IMG/VR virus record: IMGVR_UViG_3300037608_000261
Coordinates: 17,920-81,919 of that record
DNA: 64,000 nt
Strand: one strand, 5' to 3'
DNA from: a virus
Lineage: Duplodnaviria; Caudoviricetes
Position numbers and translations under genes: made by a program. This document shows positions 46,364 to 53,506 of the stretch, piece by piece (position 1 is the stretch's first letter; each line of letters starts with the position of its first letter). The notes beneath the pieces were generated by a model that did no database searches, was not told where the DNA came from, and saw only the letters and a program-made list of their open reading frames with translations.

Positions 46364-46612
46364 CTAATATTTTTGATAAATGCCCCTTTCCATAAGTAAT
46401 TCCATAATCTTCCCAGCCAAAACATCCGGTATCAATTCTTCTGGTGCAACGGGTATAATTGTTGCTATTGTCATCTGTAAATGATCGATACACCGGCAAT
46501 CCGGTGCATATCTGCATTGTCCGTCGTGGCAATAGTCTGTTTCTGAATGGGGTTTCCGGTGAGGGCATATCTCGGAGTCACACTGACGGTTTGCAATGAG
46601 TATCTTCTCCAT
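46364..46612 (-). CDS. Small Cys/His-rich (Zn-binding) hypothetical protein
   Basis: 82 aa; CDSEICPH...HSETDYCHDGQCRYAPDCRC. Confidence 0.6.
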   Translation of the reverse strand: MEKILIANRQCDSEICPHRKPHSETDYCHDGQCRYAPDCRCIDHLQMTIATIIPVAPEELIPDVLAGKIMELLMERGIYQKY

Positions 46613-46807
46613 TTATTGACCCCTTAGAAAAAACTGCTCAAGCGTCTTAAACTGTTTCTTGGTGAGCATTACGCCGCCTTTCCGGGCTGCTATCTCACCC
46701 GTGGCCTCATGTTTTCCGAAAACAATGATTGATAACGATCCGTCCGAATTGACTGTGGCCTTTTTCAACAAGTCATTGCTATCATGCAAAATCAACTCTT
46801 GTGCCAT
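46613..46807 (-). CDS. Small hypothetical protein
   Basis: 64 aa; RBS GGAGG; abuts the next gene. Confidence 0.6.
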   Translation of the reverse strand: MAQELILHDSNDLLKKATVNSDGSLSIIVFGKHEATGEIAARKGGVMLTKKQFKTLEQFFLRGQ

Positions 46808-46902
46808 AAATCCCCCTCCAAAATCCTTGTAGTCATTTTTAGAAAAACCATGTCATTAATTTCGTGACGCCTGTAAAGAGCAAAAAAAAGATGAAAACAC
46901 CA

Positions 46903-47367
46903 TTACCTTGCCATGCAATTCACCTTCTCAACAAAGACCGCCACTTGTCTGATTAATTCCCATGCGTCTTTCTCAATCCGTTTTGCTTCCCTGCCTGATA
47001 TACGTCCATCCTTCATGGACTCCGATGCCTCTTTTGAGAGTTCTCCAAAGTCAGAAATGGTTTTCAAAAGCTCCAGTGAAAGTTCTTCCATATTCTCCGT
47101 TGTTTTTGGGACCGGGATAAGAATTTGTTTGAATCGTTCAGCAAGGTATTGAATGGGCGCCAATGCATTGTCCGGATGTTCTCCGAGCGCGAGACTTGTT
47201 TCTATGATGGTTTCTATTCTATCCAGGGGGTTATATGTTCCTGAGTCGTTGAAGTCAGTAGATGGTTCCATCCACTTATTGAGAAGTGGCGCTGATTTGT
47301 GCAATTTCTTTGCGTGCTCTATGGTCTTTCCCGCTACTGCCCGTTGTATTGCCTCATATGATTTCAT
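46903..47367 (-). CDS. CII-family phage regulatory protein
   Basis: 154 aa; YNPLDRIETII...QYLAERF...ELLKTISDFGEL...DGRISGREAKRI; RBS AGGAGG. Confidence 0.75.
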   Translation of the reverse strand: MKSYEAIQRAVAGKTIEHAKKLHKSAPLLNKWMEPSTDFNDSGTYNPLDRIETIIETSLALGEHPDNALAPIQYLAERFKQILIPVPKTTENMEELSLELLKTISDFGELSKEASESMKDGRISGREAKRIEKDAWELIRQVAVFVEKVNCMAR

Positions 47368-47485
47368 TTATAACATACCTCCTATTCTTACGATCTATCA
47401 AAAATCCTGCCTTGACAATCCCCCGCGCCATGTGAAAGAATCGAAGTTGCGAGCAACAATAAATCCACAATGACGGAGGGAATAT

Positions 47486-47941
47486 TCATGACTTATTCGA
47501 TCCTATTGACATTCGATGAAGTCGGCGTGCATCACCCCGCACTCCAAAGATACGAAGGTCTTCAAGAGGTAATAACAAATACCGCCAGAACCAATAAAAC
47601 TTTTCGTATATTATCAAAACATACAATAATGATTCCGCTAAGCATTCCTTTAGAGCAGGTAGGACCGATTCTATCCCTCCTCGGCGAAGGGATCCGATAT
47701 AAATACGCAATCGTTCCTCAAGACTTCGAATGGATTGATACTGAAAAGAATATCTGACGACTTTCAGGCCTAAGTGCGCTTTCTTGCCATAGGTGGGGAT
47801 AATGACCTTCTTCCTGGTGATCGCGTCTTTAATGATGGCCACGGTCCAGAACCCCAGCAGCCCGAGAATTACAGCTGCCAATAACCAGACCAGAATATGA
47901 GCTACAACAAAGACAATATTGAGGTAGAGATGGTATATCAT
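47486..47941 (-). CDS. Possible membrane protein; start MIYHLY at 47941; 3' half antisense to the 47488 gene
   Basis: Hydrophobic IVFVVAHILVWLLAAVILGLLGFWTVAII; coupled to a 17-aa ORF by ATGA. Confidence 0.4.
   Translation of the reverse strand: MIYHLYLNIVFVVAHILVWLLAAVILGLLGFWTVAIIKDAITRKKVIIPTYGKKAHLGLKVVRYSFQYQSIRSLEERLRIYIGSLRRGGIESVLPALKECLAESLLYVLIIYEKFYWFWRYLLLPLEDLRIFGVRGDARRLHRMSIGSNKS
47488..47757 (+). CDS. Small accessory protein, opposite to its operon
   Basis: RBS GGAGG; TTGACA at ~47412. Confidence 0.6.
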   Translation: MTYSILLTFDEVGVHHPALQRYEGLQEVITNTARTNKTFRILSKHTIMIPLSIPLEQVGPILSLLGEGIRYKYAIVPQDFEWIDTEKNI

Positions 47942-48057
47942 GCCCCCGTTTTCCCTGTGCACTTCATTATCCTGCCTCTATATGATTTCATTATAATCCC
48001 TCCTGTTGTCTGTAATTGCGAGGGGTTCACGGTTAAGGTAGAAAAGGGAATGATTCA

Positions 48058-48255
48058 TCAATCGCACACAGTTAATAATATCTCCACGGATGCTCCCAAC
48101 GCTGTGGCAATTCGAGTAAGAATCCCAACAGTCGGGTTCATACTCCCTGCCTCTATCCTTGTCACTGTGGATCGTTCGATACCTACTTTTTCGGCTAAAG
48201 CAGCCTGTGTCAAACCCTGTCTTTCCCTCAACTCTTTTATCTGTTTTCCAACCAT
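48058..48255 (-). CDS. cro: Cro-like XRE HTH repressor; start MVGKQ at 48255 (or 48261)
   Basis: IKELRERQGLTQAALAEKVGIERSTVTRIEAG; divergent from cI. Confidence 0.85.
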   Translation of the reverse strand: MVGKQIKELRERQGLTQAALAEKVGIERSTVTRIEAGSMNPTVGILTRIATALGASVEILLTVCD

Positions 48256-48340
48256 GTGCATATTATTCACTCGTAAAGTGTGAATGTCAAGAACTTTTAT
48301 GTCATATACAAGCACATTTTCTCATTGTAAAATATTTGAC
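48256..48340. promoter_or_regulatory. PR/PRM divergent promoters with operator
   Basis: Minus strand TTGACA(48290-85)-17-AATAAT; plus strand TATACA(48305)-17-TAAAAT(48328); palindrome ATTCAC-N9-GTGAAT at 48265-48285. Confidence 0.7.
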
Positions 48341-48967
48341 ATGTTTGTCCCTGACACATTACGTCGTACTCTAAGGTCATTACGAAAAGATAGGGGGATC
48401 AAGCAAGAGACGGTGGCTATTGTGTTGGGCATGACCAGAAGCAATTACACAAAAATAGAATCAGGTTTAGTTAAGGTAATTAATCCACAACATCTGGCAA
48501 AACTGAGTGAATATTATCAGTTAAGCCTTGAAAATTTAATTACTGGGCCTTCTGCAGAGCCTGCTATCCTTCCCTCACGCCTCGTCCCACTCATCTCCTG
48601 GATAAAGGCTGGGGACTTCCATGAACCATCCGACATTTACCAACCAGGCATTGCTGACGAGTGGATTTCCTCTAACACGAAAGGGGAAAATACCTTTGCC
48701 CTCCGTGTGGTAGGAGACAGTATGACTCCTGAGTTTAGGACTGGTGACATTATCGTCGTCGATCCCTCTCGTGAACCTCAATCAGGTGAATTTGCCGTGG
48801 TCAAAATTGATGATGAGGTTACATTCAAACAAGTCTATTTTACCATGAACAAAATTATCCTCAAACCGATTAACGAACAGGGGCATAAAACCATTGAAAT
48901 AGACCGCAACGATGGAGTGACAGTGCGTATTATAGGAAAAGTCATAGAACAGATCAGAAAGAGATGA
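48341..48967 (+). CDS. cI: CI-like repressor (XRE HTH + S24 peptidase)
   Basis: LRKDRGIKQETVA...NYTKIESG; VPLISWIKAG; FALRVVGDSM; VTFKQ. Confidence 0.92.
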   Translation: MFVPDTLRRTLRSLRKDRGIKQETVAIVLGMTRSNYTKIESGLVKVINPQHLAKLSEYYQLSLENLITGPSAEPAILPSRLVPLISWIKAGDFHEPSDIYQPGIADEWISSNTKGENTFALRVVGDSMTPEFRTGDIIVVDPSREPQSGEFAVVKIDDEVTFKQVYFTMNKIILKPINEQGHKTIEIDRNDGVTVRIIGKVIEQIRKR

Positions 48968-49121
48968 ACCGGGGAAATTTATAGCAATATCAAATATGTA
49001 AAGCGTAGCATAATCCTGCGCCGCTATATTGAAAAGAGTTTAATGTATCTTACAGGAAAGATCATAGAAAAACCTGAACGACATAGCCCTATAATAAAAT
49101 TTCAAGAGGGGGGGGAGAACA

Positions 49122-49964
49122 ATGAAACATTTTTTTAATTCAGGTTCCAAGATCGCTATATTCTTCATATTATTAATTATTCTTACACTATCTGGTTGTG
49201 GATCCAAAACACCTTCGTGTGCCGACCAGAAAACCACTGACCTGATTAAACAGATTTGCCATCAATGGCTGGAAGAACATCTTGTCCGCGAGAAAGTAGA
49301 CCCAGCGTCAACCAAAACAGCAATGGCTCTTCCGCTCAATGTTACTATGATCCGCACAGCCGGTCACGATGAAAAGCTCGGCAAATATACATGCGAGGCG
49401 GTACTCGAAACCACATATTCAGATCAGGCTACCAAGATAAAGGGTTTTGATGCCGTCAATAGGGTGAATATAAAATATACCTCACAGCTTACCGACGATA
49501 AAAAGCAGCAATTAGTAGAACTCTTCGGACACCTACCGCTTATGCAACGTATCCTCAGTATCGCATATTTAGGCGCAGAACAACAACCAGCGCCTGCGCC
49601 GTCATCATCGTCTCAACCAGCGGTAGCGCCCCACGACGGTTCAAATTCATCTGTCGAACAAAGTGGTATTTGCAAGGGTCTCGACCTGTCCATCACTGTG
49701 GAACAAAAAGAATGCCTCAGTAGAAAATACGCCGCTGCCGATAAAGGGCTTAATGACACATATAAGCAGCTAATGGCTCGATTGGATAATTCCCGCAAAA
49801 CAGGATTAAAAAAAGAACAAGTGGCATGGATTAAAGAAAAAGAGTCAAAATGTGCAAAGGCCGGGAAGGAAATGGAGGGTGGAACTCTTGAAGGGATTAT
49901 GGTCCAGGACTGTCACGTACAAATGACAGAAAAACGACTCGAATACTTGAAAAACTTCAAATAG
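49122..49964 (+). CDS. Lipoprotein with C-terminal LprI (DUF1311) domain
   Basis: Lipobox LSGC; C-terminal ECLSRKYAAADKGLNDTYKQL...LKKEQVAWIKEKESKC...C...RLEYL. Confidence 0.8.
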   Translation: MKHFFNSGSKIAIFFILLIILTLSGCGSKTPSCADQKTTDLIKQICHQWLEEHLVREKVDPASTKTAMALPLNVTMIRTAGHDEKLGKYTCEAVLETTYSDQATKIKGFDAVNRVNIKYTSQLTDDKKQQLVELFGHLPLMQRILSIAYLGAEQQPAPAPSSSSQPAVAPHDGSNSSVEQSGICKGLDLSITVEQKECLSRKYAAADKGLNDTYKQLMARLDNSRKTGLKKEQVAWIKEKESKCAKAGKEMEGGTLEGIMVQDCHVQMTEKRLEYLKNFK

Positions 49965-50137
49965 GGGGGGATGTAGTATTATCCCAACTCATTAAATAAT
50001 GCCAGAATCCAAATCATCATCCATAACCACGCGTGTTATAGCGGGCACATTGACCGCCGCTGCGCTTTGGGCCTTATTCAAAATTAGCCACCTATCCAAG
50101 CCACAGGGAATAATCAAGTTTAAAATAAGGAGAGTAC

Positions 50138-50371
50138 ATGCCAAGAAAAGAATATCGCAAAGAACATTTTAAATGCCCTCTTTGTGAGAAAGAAGGTTGG
50201 GCTGAGTATGAGGAAAATTCAGATACTTGTCATAGTCGAGGGCAACTTGATACAAAAATAGAAAATATTTCTATCGGTTTTCATTATCACAAAAATGATA
50301 AAGGAGATTTTGAAATTCAGTGTGATAAATGTAACGCTCCTATCTATTTAATTATTTCTACTTCTAATTAG
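50138..50371 (+). CDS. Small Zn-ribbon protein
   Basis: 77 aa; CPLC...CDKC; RBS AGGAG. Confidence 0.65.
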   Translation: MPRKEYRKEHFKCPLCEKEGWAEYEENSDTCHSRGQLDTKIENISIGFHYHKNDKGDFEIQCDKCNAPIYLIISTSN

Positions 50372-50387
50372 GACACTACCGACAAGC

Positions 50388-50669
50388 TCACGCATGAGTA
50401 TCCTTCCTTTGCCCTGATATACTCTCCACAAGAAGCATCTTAATAAGAGACTGATATGGAACATCCCTTTGATTTGCCATAGCCTTAAGCCTGTTTAGAA
50501 GCATGGCCGGGAGCCTTATTGATATGGTGGTTGTGGACGGTTTTAAATTAGGAAATGTTGCCCTCACCGCTTTAGAATAATCAAAATATTCAGTAGAATC
50601 GTGAGTTGCCCAGAATTCCCGTTCCTCATCTTCATCCTTGAATTCAGGTATTTCTTTTAATGCTTTCAT
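50388..50669 (-). CDS. brnA: BrnA-type antitoxin
   Basis: IPEFKDEDEEREFWATHDST...ISIRLP...DVPYQSLIK. Confidence 0.9.
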   Translation of the reverse strand: MKALKEIPEFKDEDEEREFWATHDSTEYFDYSKAVRATFPNLKPSTTTISIRLPAMLLNRLKAMANQRDVPYQSLIKMLLVESISGQRKDTHA

Positions 50670-50949
50670 TATAATCTTTCCTCTCTTTTTTATTCATATC
50701 TCTTGCCGAAACAATCCTGATCCTGTTGTTCCTAACGGTAAATATTATAAACAGCGGCCTGCCTGAAAAGGTGGCTGATAGAGCTGAATATCTTTGTTCT
50801 CTGCCTGAATGCTTAATATCCTCTCCGACAATAATCGGCATATTTACCATAGCCTCTTCGCATTCCGTGTAATGAACACCGTGCTTCTCATTTTTACTTC
50901 TGTTCCCTGCATCCCATTCAAAGCCTGTTATGATGGAAAAATCAATCAT
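50644..50949 (-). CDS. brnT: BrnT toxin
   Basis: FEWDAGNRSKNEKHGV...HSGREQRY...IRIVSARDMNKKER. Confidence 0.92.
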   Translation of the reverse strand: MIDFSIITGFEWDAGNRSKNEKHGVHYTECEEAMVNMPIIVGEDIKHSGREQRYSALSATFSGRPLFIIFTVRNNRIRIVSARDMNKKERKDYNESIKRNT

Positions 50950-51121
50950 ATTTGTATATAGATATAATATACATTATTGTTTTTGTCAACCCATTGCTCT
51001 CCACTACCCGCAGCAAGTCCTAAAATCCTCCAGATAATTCGTCTTTGAAATTACCTCCCCTAAAAAATAATTTCATGGAAACCATAAATTTGCAAAATAT
51101 TCATAACCTCACATAAAGTTC

Positions 51122-51150
51122 TTGACATTCACATTTATAAGGTGAATACT
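51122..51150 (+). promoter_or_regulatory. PL-like early promoter with operator
   Basis: TTGACA(51122)-17-AATACT; ATTCAC-N9-GTGAAT at 51127-51147, the same palindrome as at PR. Confidence 0.75.
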
Positions 51151-51249
51151 ATGAACATGAAAATCATCCACCCAAAGGAGGAGCCCATGACAGAAATCAT
51201 TCTTGTTTGTTTCAATCCACGCCCTAACCGAAGGGGGCGACTAATATGA
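51151..51249 (+). CDS. Short leader ORF containing the CRISPR-repeat-like unit
   Basis: MNMKIIHPKEEPMTEIILVCFNPRPNRRGRLI; internal RBS AAGGAGGAG before ATG 51187; stop overlaps the next ATG. Confidence 0.45.
   Translation: MNMKIIHPKEEPMTEIILVCFNPRPNRRGRLI
51209..51241 (-). repeat. Solitary type I-C CRISPR-repeat-like unit
   Basis: Minus strand GTCGCCCCCTTCGGTTAGGGCGTGGATTGAAAC; GTCGC 5' end, CGCCC/GGGCG stem, GTGGATTGAAAC 3' end. Confidence 0.75.
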
Positions 51250-51461
51250 ACAATATATCACACCCTGGATCTGAGGAGTTAAAAAAAGAAATCATTCTTG
51301 AAGATCATAAAACCTTTCAGAAGAAGTGCCGCATCCGTAAAAACGGCGTTATTGAGATCTATTATGACTTCGGCGAGGATCGGTGTGTGAGACCCCGGAG
51401 CGTGTTGCTCAGGTCTGAGAGCATCAAGATTTTATCGACCGCTCTCGCGAGGCAATCATGA
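51246..51461 (+). CDS. Early small hypothetical protein
   Basis: 71 aa; coupled at both ends. Confidence 0.65.
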   Translation: MNNISHPGSEELKKEIILEDHKTFQKKCRIRKNGVIEIYYDFGEDRCVRPRSVLLRSESIKILSTALARQS

Positions 51462-51622
51462 ATGATAGAGATGATTTCTGGCCAATGATGGGTATGCTAT
51501 TCTGCGTCTTTGTTTTATTGATGCTCTTTGTTTTCAACAGAAGCCCTCAGCGGCACCACCAGGAAAAGCCGATAACCACACCCCTCGAAAAGGTACAGGA
51601 ATTGGTTATAAAGAACCGTTGA
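51458..51622 (+). CDS. Early small membrane protein (54 aa, not in ORF track)
   Basis: MNDRDDFWPMMGMLFCVFVLLMLFVF...KNR; ATGA overlap. Confidence 0.55.
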   Translation: MNDRDDFWPMMGMLFCVFVLLMLFVFNRSPQRHHQEKPITTPLEKVQELVIKNR

Positions 51623-51731
51623 AACCCCCAAAGGACATTTCGTCCACATCCCGAGGATACGCGACGGCGGAAAAGGGTCACCTCCCCCTTCCTTGGGATT
51701 CCAAAGAGGTAATCAAAAAGGAGGTGAGGAC

Positions 51732-51914
51732 GTGATTTACAACGGCAGGGAAGTGGTCATCGTGAAGAATTACGGTCCGAATTTCTTGGGCGATCCTCTG
51801 GTAAAGGTGGCGGCGAAAGCTGACCCGACGTGGGTAAGAGAAGCGTGGAAGTCGGAGTTAAAACCGGGGAAAACAGCGCAAACCACAGGGGGTGACACAT
51901 GCTCGAAAATATAA
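51732..51914 (+). CDS. Early small hypothetical protein (GTG start)
   Basis: RBS GGAGGTGAGG before GTG. Confidence 0.6.
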   Translation: MIYNGREVVIVKNYGPNFLGDPLVKVAAKADPTWVREAWKSELKPGKTAQTTGGDTCSKI

Positions 51915-52123
51915 ATGAACAGTCAACCAGTCATGCAGAGGATGTAGTCCCTCAAGCATCGGTCAAATTACCAAGGCCTTTTTCCATAGATGAGGCAAAA
52001 TCCTTGTTTGAATTCAGAGAGAATTTATTTAATGACGTCAAGGATGAAGCAACCAGACGAATAGTAAGTAATTGTTACATCGAATACCTTAGAAACAGAG
52101 TGGAACAATCAAGGGAGAGGTAA
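51899..52123 (+). CDS. Early small hypothetical protein
   Basis: 74 aa; in operon. Confidence 0.6.
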   Translation: MLENINEQSTSHAEDVVPQASVKLPRPFSIDEAKSLFEFRENLFNDVKDEATRRIVSNCYIEYLRNRVEQSRER

Positions 52124-52124
52124 G

Positions 52125-53399
52125 ATGATGAAGATAGCCCATATAGCAGATTTGCACTTTCAAAATAGGCAGCCGGTGCTTGCAGACATCATTAAATGCG
52201 CGGCCTTCGCCCTCGAAGAAATCAGAAAAGAAGCCCCGGATCTGATTTTGATTGCTGGGGATACGGTTGATTTTCTGGCATCACCTGAAGGGATCATGAT
52301 CGGGAGTCCGGCGCACATGGCAGCGGTAGAGTTCGTCTATGGATGTGGCATGATGGCGCCTACGGTGATCGTAAGGGGAACCCCAACACATGACGGGCCT
52401 GGAGCTTTGGATGCAATGGCGAGGTTGAAAACAGTGTACCCCGTCTATGTGACGGAGAGGCCGGAACAGATATGCCTTACCCTTGATAATGTATTCCAGC
52501 CTTGGAACGATGTAGTTGCCACAATATCTTTTGCGGAAGGTATGTTTAAAACTCTTATTTCTTGCCTTCCCACCATCACCAAGGGCAACGTCCTTGCCTA
52601 CACATCCGGCTCAGTTGAAGATACCACACGGGAAACACAGGATCTTATTCGGGATATGTTTCATGCCTGGGGCGTGGTTAACGAACAGGTCCGAGCGGAG
52701 GGAATTCCCACGGTAATGGTGGGCCACGGAACATTGACAGGCTCAAGGTTATCTACTGGACAGGTTATGACGGGAAAGGATTTGGAATTTAGCTTAAGCG
52801 ATTTGGCGTTGGCAAAATGCGACATTTACTGTTTTGGACATATCCACTTGAGACAGGAATTTTCCCTGCCCAATTCTACAGCACGTTTCTTCTTTTCCGG
52901 ATCCATTACCCGTCTTAACCATGGTGAAACAGAAAGCAAAGGCTTTTACATCCATCAGATCGAGGACGGCGAGATCGATAGTAGGTTCATTGAAACTCCG
53001 GCGCGGGTGATGCGGACACTGAAACAGGAAGGATTGCCGGACGTAAATTGCGTTCAGGATGTACATGAAGGAGAAAACGTAAGAATCGTTTATCAGGTAG
53101 CTGAGGCGGACGTGGGTAAGGTGGATGAGGAAGCCATTAGACAGGAGGCTCTTGCGAGGGGTGCGGCAGATGTGAAGATTGAGAAATTGATTATTCCAAC
53201 GGTGCGAGTCCGGGCGGAAGGAATAAGCAAGGAACATACCCTGACAGCAAAGCTGGATAAATGGGCAGAGACTACCGGTCAAACGGACCCAGAGGACCTC
53301 TACGACAAGCTGGCAAACCTTGAGGTAAGGGAAGTGGAAGACATCATTGCTGATTATGACTCAGTAAAAGAGGACGCAATAACGGAGGTAGCGGCTTAA
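52125..53399 (+). CDS. sbcD: SbcD/Mre11-like metallophosphoesterase nuclease
   Basis: IAHIADLH, LIAGD, GTPTHD, MVGHG, FGHIH, SGS. Confidence 0.92.
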   Translation: MMKIAHIADLHFQNRQPVLADIIKCAAFALEEIRKEAPDLILIAGDTVDFLASPEGIMIGSPAHMAAVEFVYGCGMMAPTVIVRGTPTHDGPGALDAMARLKTVYPVYVTERPEQICLTLDNVFQPWNDVVATISFAEGMFKTLISCLPTITKGNVLAYTSGSVEDTTRETQDLIRDMFHAWGVVNEQVRAEGIPTVMVGHGTLTGSRLSTGQVMTGKDLEFSLSDLALAKCDIYCFGHIHLRQEFSLPNSTARFFFSGSITRLNHGETESKGFYIHQIEDGEIDSRFIETPARVMRTLKQEGLPDVNCVQDVHEGENVRIVYQVAEADVGKVDEEAIRQEALARGAADVKIEKLIIPTVRVRAEGISKEHTLTAKLDKWAETTGQTDPEDLYDKLANLEVREVEDIIADYDSVKEDAITEVAA

Positions 53400-53506
53400 A
53401 ATGGGTAGACCTTCAACAGCTTCTAAACTTATCGGGAACAAATTGATGATGGATGGACAGTTGATGATGCCTTGGAAAAACCAATAAGAAAAGTAGGGGT
53501 GACCAA

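Noticed and set aside
30646-51241. The two I-C-like units as one mini-array
   Set aside because: They are 20.5 kb apart with many genes between them.
13690-53000. Other GTTTCAAT/ATTGAAAC hits (~13691, ~16525, ~34902, ~52987)
   Set aside because: Only the 8-mer matches; three are IET codons inside genes; none has the CGCCC/GGGCG stem.
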